Shown: positions 1-11,810 of the stretch, in pieces
Numbering within the stretch: the stretch's first letter is position 1
Layout of the letters: every line of letters starts with the position of its first letter
NCBI GenBank assembly: GCA_030141605.1
Contig: JAQGDQ010000032.1
Location: 534,846 to 598,845, forward strand
Length of the DNA stretch: 64,000 bases
Origin: Tubiluchus corallicola
Lineage: Eukaryota; Animalia; Priapulida
Direction of reading: 5' to 3'
Made by a program: the position numbers and the translations under genes
Notes under the pieces: model-generated
Told to the model about the DNA's origin: nothing
The model's database searches: none
Seen by the model: the letters and a program-made list of their open reading frames with translations, nothing else

Positions 1-720
1 TTTTTTCCGTGCACGGCTAATTTTCGTGAGAGCGCCCGATTGCAAAAGACTGCTTGTCCACACACAAGGAAGCAATTAGCTGGTAGCGGGAAACAAATTG
101 AGGTAAAACAATATAAGTTCTGTCCGCCGCATTGTCAAACTGTTAGCCCTCATTATCTGATCTATCAAGAATGACAGAGGGACCGTTAGTGGACATAATA
201 GTAGACATGACGATGATCTTCTTATCTAATCCTGGTTAGACCAGTCGCCCGCGGCTAGGGCTAGCTAGATTGATTTTTCAATTTGTGCAAGGTACTCAAA
301 TTTGACCAACAATTGACAGTTTATAATGTCGGTATGATCGTTTTATAGGTGTAGTACTGACAAACAAATTTAAAACGATAATTTGCAATTTAATATATTG
401 ATAATTATTTGGCATTAACTAGTGCTAATAACATGCCCTAAATTCAGAGAAAATGAACAAGTAATACCATAAAAATGGCATCACATTTACCGCAAAAAAT
501 GGGCTCACTTTACAGTTATTGTATTATTTTAGCTTTTAAGACAAAAACGAAACAGGACATAATGTGCCCTTTTCTCTACATATATTAACAGAAATAATAT
601 GCATTTCAGTGTTGCTCTGGTGATTTACTGGGATTCGAGAAGTAATTTTGTAGGTCACAAATTTGATTGCAATGCACTGTCCAACCGTTTTCCTTTTGAA
701 CAAACAAATGAATGCGCGAT

Positions 721-775
721 GAACGAACAAACGAACGAACGAACGAACGAACAAACACACAAACAAACAAACAAA
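721..775. repeat. (AACG)n/(AAAC)n compound microsatellite
   Basis: gaacgaacaaacgaacgaacgaacgaacgaacaaacacacaaacaaacaaacaaa; explains the ORFs 536..766, 606..791 and 712..903. Confidence 0.95.
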
Positions 776-2567
776 TAATCAGGCGAGCCAAACATCTAAG
801 TTTGAGTTACGTCACCACAAACCAACTGCAACAAAATGCAACCACACAAACAAGCAAGCAGCAAAAACCTGTCCTTTTCTTAATACATAAAGCAGTAATT
901 TAAATCCACATACTAGCATACAGTCTACTGCTAGTATATATTTGTCCATATATTGACAAACTTAAATTTAACATAATGTGATAATGAAATAAAAATTAAG
1001 ACAAGCAGAATTCGCAAAAGCGCTGCTTTTAATAGTCCTTTTGACGCCTTTCTACTATATATAATATATGCCATACCAATTAATGCCAAAAAATTAATTA
1101 ATTCAATTCAACATTTTTAAATTATCGTCACGTGCGTCACTTTAGTTGTATTTCTTTTTTTGCCGTCGCCTCACCTGTTATCAGGTAAAGAAATCGCGAA
1201 TGCCCGAGGGAAAAATTCGAATGATAATCACAAGTTCCAGGTGTCAGGCAGACAAAATCATTTTTGGCTAACTTACGTGCAAACAGCGTGTTACGTGTGC
1301 TTGGCTTTATGCTTTACCAATTCGTGCTTTATCAAATCAACTCGACTATTTCACCACAAAATTAATATTTTCATTACAATGTCATCATCGTCGTCATCGT
1401 TTTCGAAACGTGGTCAAATATTTTTATTCGACAAACGGACAAAAACGATATTGTGTACCTCTCACCATACATGGATACCGCGACCCTACGATTAAGAGAG
1501 GCAATGCCTCATATAATGCCACCCAGTAGCGCATCACAAACACTACAATAGACTTGTGTAAATATATATACAGGGGATTATGGATTTTACACCTTTAAAA
1601 GTGTTATTGAACAAACAGAAAAACATGACACAAAACCCGGTAAATGTGCACGTTTAGGAATGGGACATTTTGGCTGACCCCTTAAAAATATAAATACATT
1701 CATCAAGAGTAGAAAATCGCCTGGATAAGGATTACGATATCATTGGCAACTCAAACAAAATAGCAAATTCAGCATTGTCTTGTGTTTTTGGACTATTAAA
1801 TTTTACTAATTTCGATAAAATATGTAAGCAGGAATTTGGACTATTTCAAGGTTTGTTTTGGGTTAGGATCGATGCAGAATAATGTAAGGCATACAACTCA
1901 AAAACTCAAAACTTCACTTCAAAGCATACACTTCAAAACTCAAAAAATTAACTGGATGATTATTATTAGTTAAGGGAGGAGGAGTGATTTAATATAAGAG
2001 GTTACTGTGTTGTGTTTAACACATTACATTTAACTAATTACATAAGGTAGGTTAATTAAAAAAGACCGCAAAAAACAAAACATTATTTTCCAAAGCACAA
2101 CGTCAAACGTGAGCACTATAGGCTAGCGGAAGTCTGTGTGACTATTATAACAGTAACACGCCGCACTATTAATGCGATTTTCCATTTTTCTACAGAGAAC
2201 AAATCTTTAAAATTTTGGATATGACGCCGCCTTTTAATATAGGCGGGAATAATAGGCGGGAGATATCATGTTGTATTTACATAAGCTACTTCTAATATAG
2301 CATGTTACTTTATACAAGGTTGCTGTATGATTTGCATTCTGTGCTAAATAATAATTAAGATGCTATCCCATCCCATTTCTAAGGTTCGTAAGAAAAAGAT
2401 AATGAAATTAGGAAACTAGTAGACTAAAGACTAGAAACTTATCCATGTAGACCTTCAAATAATTGACACCTAAAGAAAGTACGATAACTATCAGGAATAA
2501 ATAATGAAATACAATGGTATTTACAGTATCTTGCTCTTTCTACATTTGTACATGAAATTTGAAGTTA

Positions 2568-2597
2568 GTTGTTGTTGTTGTTGTGGTGGTTGCTGTT
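2568..2597. repeat. degenerate (GTT)n microsatellite
   Basis: gttgttgttgttgttgtggtggttgctgtt. Confidence 0.9.
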
Positions 2598-2726
2598 AAT
2601 AAGATCAACGGATAGCTCTGCCTAAGATAAAACGTAGCCAGGTACGATAAAAAAGTCAATGGTCGGCCGTCACAGACAAATAACACAAAACTTATACCAA
2701 ACTGTCCAGAAAAATAAGAATCTTAC

Positions 2727-2855
2727 CATCAATTGTAGGAACTCAGAAAGCATATGGGATCGCACTACCGGGGAGAATTCACCTCGCAGAAGGCGCTCCG
2801 TGAAGATGGAATAACTGGGCTTCGTGCCACCATTCCTATCCAACCCAGGCGTCAT
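2727..2855 (-). CDS. candidate alternative first coding exon, MTPGLDRNGGTKPSYSIFTERLLRGEFSPVVRSHMLSEFLQLM|, phase-0 donor
   Basis: Minus strand: aaaATG start (in-frame ATGs further upstream to 2891), 43 open codons that are GC-richer than the flanks, ending ATG|GTAAGA. A possible acceptor ttttcgttag lies 5 nt upstream of the ATG. No homology recognised. Confidence 0.45.
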
Positions 2856-3947
2856 TTTTGCTAACGAAAAGTTCTCACCAAGCATTAGCATTGATTACAA
2901 TTAATCAATAATCGAAAAATCGAAATGGTTAAACGGAAAGCCATAGTTTCACTGGCGTACAGACGTGATGGCATTCGCATAAATGAAGTCACAACAAATG
3001 CTAATGTAGACAAAAGTTGTGAGACAATCCGGTTTTCCTACTCCAGATCGAATGTCAGTCCAAGGAGAGAACTGCTCTAATCGATATGTAATAATTATTA
3101 TCCACTAATAAAATGATTTATAAACAAACTCGCTAATGTGGCTCATCATCGATTATCTTCGTCCTCCAGGCTGATATATGCAACACACGCAATAGCTGCT
3201 TATTAATTCACATAATGAAATTAAGCTATCTGTTGTAAGCATACAGTTAATCTGCCGCCGGGTCATCTTCCTGTGGGTGTGTGGTTAAGGAGCAGTCGGC
3301 CAGAGAGAGTCGAGGGTTTAGCAACCAACCCGTGACAAGCTCACTAAATAAGTAACAATCGGCTCAAAGCAGCAAATGAAAGGAAAACTAAAGATCAGTA
3401 AGAGGTGGGCAAGCAAGCACATCGAAGTCCACTGTGGTCTCTACAACTGGTTCGCGCATTGGTCTGTGCATCAAACGGTAATTAAATTACATCAAGCAAA
3501 GAAAAGAAGTTATACGCATGCCATTATGGGCATAGACACCCGTAGTTACTAAGGGGGCTACGTTACAAATTATCGAGTCCCTAAACAAGACTATTAATTA
3601 TTATAATCATGCGCCATTTAAATATTTAATAGATTTAGTCGTAGGTGGTAGCCGCTTGTGTAGCTCAGAAATAATTTAGCAAACATACTTTTTAGCTACA
3701 ACTTAACAGCCGTAGCATAGAGCTGCCAAATAAATTACAATATTAGGATTCGAGTTTTTTGTTAGTCGGAGCGAGCTTCATAGGCACGTGGTTATGTGCC
3801 TCGGCTAGTCAGTGAGTGGTTGGTGACTGCCTGGGTCCAACACTTATTCTGGAGGGTTTCATTCGCCATACTGATTCGGGCTGTTTACTTTGTAGAGAGA
3901 AGACATATCTTTGCATCGTATTTATAGACACCAGTTCAGCGTCTCAC

Positions 3948-4013
3948 CTTAGAGGTCGTCATTACGACGTCTTCATTGCCAGTCTCTTCATAAACATCAG
4001 CGTTGAGTAGACC
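3948..4013 (-). CDS. candidate exon GLLNADVYEETGNEDVVMTTSK| (or first exon MTTSK|), phase-0 donor
   Basis: Minus strand: donor AAG|GTGAGA at 3948/3947. The frame is open for 44 codons upstream (to 4079) and is GC-richer than the flanks. The 5' boundary is uncertain (weak acceptor gacgacag). Confidence 0.35.
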
Positions 4014-4139
4014 CTGTCGTCGAATTGTGAATTCCAGCTTGCGGTGCGCCAAACCGTATAAAAAGCTTTGCAGTTTCTCTTATTCAGGGTAGTTTACCTC
4101 AACAAAAGAAATAGCCGTTTTTTCTAAAAATTAGTCTAA

Positions 4140-4620
4140 AAATACTTGAAGCACCCATTTACTTACATAAAGCTAAAAAACTCGTATTGAAATTTTGTAT
4201 CACTTACATGCGGCCTTGTTGCACAGCACACATAAACTGTATTAGTAATAACGATGTATATAATACCGTTAGGCGCAGCCCTATGGACGGTAAGTCGTTT
4301 GAAACAAGTGTAGATAACATTGTGTAAAGTTTGAAAAAATAATCAGAGCATTTGTAGCGCGGACTTCACCAACTAAGCAAAAGTATTTATTGCTGTTTCT
4401 TGTCAATAAGATTAAAAATGTGTTTTTTGGTGAGTCTGTGGTGCACACTGGGAAGGCGAGTCAGTGACATTTTACCAAGTGACGCGAACATTTTAAATTT
4501 CTAAGAATTTATTTTTCTAGTTATATAAGTCTTTTAAGCAGGTAAGCATAATGCTAAGTAATATAACCTTATGTGAAAAGTTTTTCTGGGACATACTTTA
4601 AAATTGCCTTTTCTCCACCT
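4140..4620 (-). mobile_element. truncated non-autonomous DNA transposon, TTAA-flanked AG terminus (Kolobok-like), copy 1
   Basis: Its reverse complement aligns colinearly with 11296-11810, with shared blocks such as tgattattttttcaaactttacacaat and ggtaaaatgtcactgactc. Both copies begin at TTAA|AG (TTAA at 4621-4624). The other terminus was not found. Confidence 0.75.
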
Positions 4621-5503
4621 TTAAGAGGCTGAAAAGTGAATCGTATCTTAGTTCAACTGAATATAAGAAATTTTTTAAACTAATCGCAATTATAGTCATC
4701 AGCTGCAATACAGTTCATATTAAAAAACTATATCAGCATAAGAAGAACGCGGTTGTCATAATAAAATTATACGTGTACAAAATCAGCTCAAATAGCAATG
4801 TGAAGTAGTTATGCTGGGACGCTTTTTATGCAAATTATATACCTGTAGGTATTATGAATCAATAAGGATAATTGCATTATTATTAGTAGTGGTTTTTTGA
4901 ATGTGTCAGATATAGGTCAATCATTGTGTTACACTGGACGCAAGCACTTTCATCAGGTACAAAAAATATAACTTCTGAGTATACGATAACTTTTACTTTG
5001 TACATAATATTTTTGCCCTAATATCTAATTTTAAGTTTAGGGTTTTAGTGTATGTATTTATAGATGGCATTAAGCTAAAATAAACTGATAAACAATAAAG
5101 AATTACACAAGCGAAGTTTTCTCGCTTGGGACGTCCAAGAGATTCTCGCAATTTCCCGCCTTAATTAATGTCACGGATGCAAATTAGTTGCGAATAAACG
5201 ATTCCTTCGATATTACTGTGAGAGGCGGCAATTTTGCCCAAAGGTGTATTCATTTAAGCAGTCGGTGGCTATTTATGACCAAGTATTGTACTGCATAATA
5301 GAAAAGTAGGATAGATACATATGGATAATATCAATAATTATAATGATTACAATTGTATTGCAGTGGACGTGATTTCTTACTTACAAGAGGTGACTGCCAA
5401 AGTTTATTTTCATGGAGCTAGGCACAAGGCATAAAATTGGTGGTACTTACTTCTTAAAATGTTTCCTGATTTCAAAATTTAAATGTATAGGACCTATACA
5501 ATA

Positions 5504-5683
5504 GGTGACCGGTAATAAAGTCACGGGAAAAAAGTCAGGGGAAAGTCACACAGAAAAAAAAGTTACAATTAATTTTGGCAAGAGTTAAGTGCTAGTGTTA
5601 TGGTTAGGGTTAGGATTAGGGTAAGGGTCTTCCGGTGCGTCTTTTTCTGTACCTTTTTTCCTGTGCCCTTTTACCTGGATTCC
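5504..5683. mobile_element. MITE with repeated aaagtcac/gtgacttt-type arms and central TTAGGG-like core, TA flanks
   Basis: Left ggtaataaagtcacggg versus right cctgtgcccttttacc (inverted); core ggttagggttaggattagggtaaggg; flanked by TA at 5502-5503 and 5684-5685; related copy at 39373-39760. Confidence 0.7.
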
Positions 5684-6216
5684 TACAGTATACGATGTAG
5701 GTGTTTTGCATACATTTACACAGATGACTTCCCCATAAAATAATAGACTTTCACTTAACAAGTGTAATTGCTTTGATAAAGCGATATTTACTGAATTGTG
5801 TTATCAAAAGACCACAAATTTCACTACAAAAAAACGATATCAGTTAGCATGCCAAGGAAGGCTGAGGTGAAGACAAAGTCAGGAAACGAAGTCTTATATA
5901 TAGAAACAGTTTGGAAAACAAGAAAGAACAAATTGCGTGCACAACCACTGATACACATTCCGCTGAAAGTTTGGCAGGAAGGTTAAACACAAGGAGATTT
6001 TTGAGGACAAAAATATATAAGAACGAAAGAAAATTTGTATGCAAATGGAAGCGCACAAATACGAACATATTGGTAAAAAACCAAATGTGCAAAGTAAGTG
6101 TGAGCTGCGACTGGGGGACCGACAAGTACAACAAAAAAGGTTTCACCATTTTCGTAATGTGCAATGTGTTGACGTTACATAAAATCAACAGAAGGTGCTG
6201 TTGCGTCAGCAAGGTG

Positions 6217-6235
6217 ATATATATATATATATATA
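6217..6235. repeat. (AT)n microsatellite
   Basis: atatatatatatatatata. Confidence 0.9.
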
Positions 6236-6686
6236 GATATCATCGATGAGTCCATAGCTGTGAAAACACACAGCAGTTTCCATGCAGACAGCTTCTTTTG
6301 GTCAAAGCATTTCTGTGTTTTCTAATTTATACGTTGTGAATTGCAGGTAATTTTATGGGTAGTCTGCCAGATCGTAGGTAAACGGTAAAACTAGAACAGA
6401 TATGAACGTGGTTTCCCTGTATTAAACTCGATCGGCGACCATGTCTATGGTCTACACGACGCAGATCTACCTCACTGTTAAGAAGTTACTACTGTAGCTG
6501 AATATGTAGATAACCACTGCTAACCCAAATCACAAATAACAATAATAGTGTCAGAAAATTAAATTATAGGTCTACCAGTCTTGCTGATGTGCCACATGGA
6601 CGCCACGTGCAATACAATCGAAGCCCCTCCGGTTAACAGTCTAACATGCTATTAGCCACTGTGGCACCTAGTCACAAGGCTATGTT

Positions 6687-6718
6687 ACACGCACGCACGC
6701 ACGCACGCACGCACGCAC

Positions 6719-6760
<42 letters not shown>

Positions 6761-6766
6761 ACACAC
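6687..6766. repeat. (GCAC)n-(AC)n compound microsatellite
   Basis: gcacgcac... grading into acacac...; explains ORF 6646..6849. Confidence 0.97.
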
Positions 6767-7570
6767 TGATAATCAGTAATGAGCGCATTTTCCACTTAAT
6801 GTTTTTTCTTCGGCTTCGGCTTATTCCCTATACAGAAATAAGCTCTTGATAATTTCATTGAAGATGCGTTATTGAGACCATTAAAACAGGCCTGATTTAA
6901 GCTAACGTGGGAACAAAATTCAGAGATGGCGTCATAGAGGCGCAAGGTCAAGCTGACATTCACGCCAGTAGACAGGCAGCCGTAATGGGAATTAAACCTA
7001 GTCAACATTAATGCTGTTCACGACAAATAAAATATTTGGCCTTGATGAGAAAATTGAAGAGCTGTGATTTTGTGTGTAGGCATGTCACTGAGGCACATCA
7101 GAGCATTAAATCTTAGTATAAACGACGTCTTCTGAGCCCTGGAGCGCAAATGCTTGACTGTGCTGTGACCCAGTGCATGAATCGGTTATTTTTTTCTCCC
7201 AATATGACTGGATTAACCAGTCGACGAGTATGCATTAAACATAGCTCTGAGACACGCTAGATGACAATTCTAACAACTGCTCGTTTATTAAAATCGACTA
7301 TGTAAAATCTGGGCGTGGAGGTAAAGACACAAAAGCTTAGATTACCCAACTTAGTTAAAGGGGGTGGTAAAAGGGTCATCTTTCGTAGAAAAAAAACATC
7401 GAAACGCACTAATGTGAAATCTATGAGAGAAAGGATGCATTAAGTATTGCGGGCGCCTCCAATTTAGTGCAACTACCATTTTATTGGTGTCCATTTGAAT
7501 TTTGTATAACTCCATGCAAACGCCCGCCCCTCTTTTATATCAATTATAGACGGATTACCGGCAGACTCAC

Positions 7571-7758
7571 CTATTCAGATAAAATAGATAAATTCCGTAA
7601 AGATTTAATTTTAAGTCTTTCCACTTTATCACAGAACCACTAAGGAGGCATAGCGATGGGTCAAGGGTATCACTTAAAAAGATACTGGATATAAAGGACT
7701 CGTCTGTCTTGTCTAGTGATACAAAAGCGCACGCAAAAGGTCTTCTTACAGTCATCAT
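7571..7758 (-). other. possible exon (ORF MMTVRRPF...YLNR ending at consensus donor AG|GTGAGT, phase 2)
   Basis: 62 open codons run exactly into aatag|gtgagt. Upstream are an acceptor-like tttttgatcacag and a donor TAG|GTGAGA at 7931/7930. The peptide is not recognisable. Confidence 0.25.
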
Positions 7759-8574
7759 CTATATAGCTGTGATCAAAAACAGATCACGTTTACTACATGT
7801 ACATTCTATTTATACGAAGAACCGACATATCTGAGAATTATCTTCTATTGTCTTCAAAAGCCAAGACTTTAGTGTTTACCTGGTTCTTATTTACGGTTTA
7901 TTTGTTTACAAAAAATTAAACCATTCTCACCTACTCCATTTAATATGGAAAAATTTTCTAAAACTATCTATGCGCCTGGCTAGCTAAAAAAGTCTATGTG
8001 CGTACGTGGTAAATTGGTTCTATTTTATACCAAACATTAGGGCCAAATAAGGCAACTTATCTAGAGAATAAATTTTTATAGCTTTACTATTCGTGCCATG
8101 CGCCTCGTGCCTCACTAGACATTATCACTAAGTTCCAGGACAATGATGCGTTTATTACATAGTTTCCACCTCAAGAAAGCAGAAAGTGCAAGTTTCTGAG
8201 AATCTTTACAAAAACGCTAACTAGGAAATACACACAAGTTGACATATTTTTCAAATTTTAATTACCCACTAATAAATAAAGGCTCTAATAAAATGATAAA
8301 TTTTGACGCTATTTAGCGGTTTTATAAAAATTCGCGCTAAAGATGATGAAACTAGGTTGCCTTTTATGAAGATGCTCCATGAAGAAATCACTGTTTATAT
8401 AGACATATATGCAGACCTGCTTTCTAAAGAGAACAAGTGGACCATCATCAAAAGGATGCCAAAAACAGATTTCTGAGTAGTTAGTTGACTTAGTTCATGT
8501 ACGACATTTGCGTTGCCCGGCGACGAAAAGGGAGGCAGATGAATAGATTAGAAACTAAAGGGGAGTCGAAAGAC

Positions 8575-9175
8575 AAGTAAACAGATAAAAAATCAATAAA
8601 TGAAGGAATGAGTCAAAAAATGACTGATTGAATGATTGACGGACTTACCGATGTACAAATCGACAGAACAACCAAATGAATGAATGAATGAATGAGTGGA
8701 TGAATAAATAAAATATTAAGTTGACGATTAAGTGAAGTAGTTACCAAACAAAAACACAGAAGAGTAAACAAATCACAGGAGTAAAGAAATAAGCCAACGA
8801 GTGAGAGCTATTGAATAAATAAACGAATGAACATGAACAAACAAACAAACAAAAGAGTGAACAAAAGAAGAAACAAAGGAATAATAATCAGCAAACCGCT
8901 GTACTGGATGAACATAGAATGAACGAACGAAAAAAAATAAACGAATAAATGAACCAACGAAAGGTAAAAAAAGAAAGACAGAGAAAGAAAGATAGAATGA
9001 AGGAATGAATATATGAAATAAACAAATAAATAAAGGATGAATGAATGAATAAGCGAATGAATAAATGAGCGAACGAATGAGAATGAATGAGCGAATGTAT
9101 GAATGAATGATGATCTAAAAGGTTTGTGAATAAACTAGGCAAAAGAAATAAAAAAGGAAAAAGAAGATGAAGGAA
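8575..9175. repeat. decayed (AATG)/(AAAC)/(AAAG) A-rich low-complexity tract
   Basis: Repeated aatgaatg, aaacaaac and aaagaaag units; explains ORF 8888..9184. Confidence 0.9.
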
Positions 9176-11295
9176 GTCCAGCAAGAACAGCTGACAGAAT
9201 TAAAAGGGTGTGAGAATAACAGATTTCAGGTAAGGAAATTTGTATCATAATCATAACAAAATTACCAAATTTCAAGACGAGCTGTTATAGCAACTGGAGC
9301 TAAAAATTACCGTAACTACAATTAGCTGCTAACCTTCTTACGCAATACAAGAAGTTTGGAGCAGTATCTCTTCCAACTTTAAGCATAAGCCATAAAAGCA
9401 ATAAAAAATTGAAATGGCAATAAGATCTAATCGACACTAGAAATTATGCTCTAATAAAACTAAAACTCAATTTTTATAATTCATTTAAGAAAAGCCCACA
9501 AACGCACACACGTCACAAACATGTACACAAGCTCTATATAGGCTTTTAGTATGAGATATGAAATAGAACCAACTTTTCAGTAGGTTAAAGACTTTCAAAA
9601 AATATAATTTAAATAATTTTAATAGTGATGGCCTTATAAAAATTAATAAATTATTAAAAATATTTATATCAAGTCCGTAAAATAATTCACCTACCGAAGT
9701 GTCCTTTGATTTAAAGAAGCTAGATGGAGTGTTTACAGGCATTTTGTCCAATCGGCTGACGTCACATAACATCATTAATCAATATATGTGCCAATAATGA
9801 TTTAAAATCATATGTGGATTCATAGTCCTACAGCTCATGTCAAAAAGTTAATGAAAACCGTTACCACAACCGCGTCAAGTTCAGCAGATGTCAAAGAACA
9901 GGCAGCCAACTAGCAGTGAAAAGGCAAAATCAGCAAACAGGTGACAATTAAAACATGCGATAAAAGCAGGTGTCATCTACCGCGAGCCCCCTTTGCAGGC
10001 GGCATATGTGTTAGAACTGTCACTCGGTGTCAAATGGCCGACAAAAGAAAATGCGTTTTCTCGAAAACAAAACTGTGCACCGATAGAATTATGTAAAAAT
10101 GGCATGTAGGCTACAGGTTAATGCGACAACGACAGTCAACTTTCACTTTCCATAGTCATTCATAGTTTACAAGCCTGTGTGACACACGTTAACACTGCCG
10201 CGAGTAGCAAATTGTCACTGCTCCTACGTGCGTGACGACATGAAATAAAAGTGAAATTGCAGTCTAGCGTTCCATGACATCAATGTCACAAACGAGGCCT
10301 CGCCATGCCAGATTACGTGACATTTTTGCCGAATTAGATGTAGGCCTGTAATTACGCTTTCACCGCAAAATGTAGTGACCTAGTGGGCCTATGAGCTCAA
10401 AACTTTTAGTGGATTTCTTTTGCGAGTCGGCGACCAACTAGAGTTTGAATTTTGGAATGCATATCCGGTATTGCATAAGTTTTTTCGTCTAAATTACTGC
10501 CCCATTTCCTGTCTTTGATTTAGAATGGTCACCAAAAAGTGACGTAGGCTTGTAGCTTTCAAAGTGAACGTTTCAAAATGTCTAATTTCGGGACAACAAG
10601 TCTATGAAAAGATTAAAATTTAAGAATCAAAAACTACTGAAGTTACCAAACTTAACTACTGTAATAGCTCTCATTTTGGATTATCATTTGCCTTTTCAAT
10701 GGTTGATGTTATAATTATATGTTGTTGAAAAATGTTAAAATTGCTAAAAAAAGAATTTCACATGTATATATTTTTATTTGTATATGTGACCAATAAATAA
10801 CATCTACATCTATGTCTAATGTTGGAGGTAAACTGAAATTAAGGTCTTGAGATCGTGTATTTTTTAAGTAACTTTCAGAAATATATCCCATACATACAAA
10901 TATAAACACCATGACAAATTAAAACAAAAGTATGAAAACTATAGTCATAAGAACACCACAACTTAATTTACGACATACATGTACAGAAAAAAGTAGGAAA
11001 AGCCTGTATCATAAATATATTACACTAATTGTATCAAAAGCGGATGGACTATCGCCATACTTCGTAGCGAAATTTATCGATTTATAGTAAAAATTGTAGT
11101 GTTGACACGATTTTACCTCCCCGAAAATAAACTTTGTAAAAATTAAGCTGCCGTGACCAAATTGTACGAAAGTTTTTATTGCGGTTTTCATTGTGCCAGA
11201 GCTTCGAGTAAAGGGATATTAGCAAATGTGTAAATGGAGAACCGTAATGATTAAATTATAGAAACTCTCATAAAGGACGTGAAAAATTTCCTTAA

Positions 11296-11810
11296 AGAGG
11301 AAGAAAATGCAATTTTAAAGTACGTCCCAAAAAACTTTCCGTACAAAGTTATATTACATTGCACTACGCTTACCTGTTCGAAACACTAACGTAACTAGAA
11401 AAGAAAATTCTTAATAATTAAACATTTTCGCGCCAACAGGTAAAATGTCACTGACTCACCTTCCTTCAGTGTGAAACGCTGACGCACAAAAACATATTAT
11501 TACTCTTTTTCACAACAAAAAGTAATTTGTACTTTAGCTTAGCTAGTGAAATGTGCGCTACTCATACGAATGATTATTTTTTCAAACTTTACACAATATT
11601 ATCCAAACTTGTTTCAAATGACCTACCGACAAAATGGCTGGGCCCATTAACGATCATCTGGACGTTTAAATTTCAAGTTTTATGCGGCGTTATGCTGCTA
11701 ATAAGCTCTGCGCGCAATAAGGCAGTATGTAGGTAACATAAAATTTCAAAACGATTTTTTCAAACTTTATGTAGGTAAAGGGTTTTCTTGTCCTTAAAAG
11801 TATTTTTCAG
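11296..11810 (+). mobile_element. truncated non-autonomous DNA transposon (Kolobok-like), copy 2
   Basis: Starts TTAA|AGAGGAAGAAAATGCAATTTTAAAGTACGTCCC; diverged inverted homolog of 4140-4620 (TTAA|AGGTGGAGAAAAGGCAATTTTAAAGTATGTCCC). Confidence 0.75.

Noticed and set aside
5602-5627. TTAGGG repeats as a telomere or fusion site
   Set aside because: Only four degenerate units, and they are internal to a MITE.
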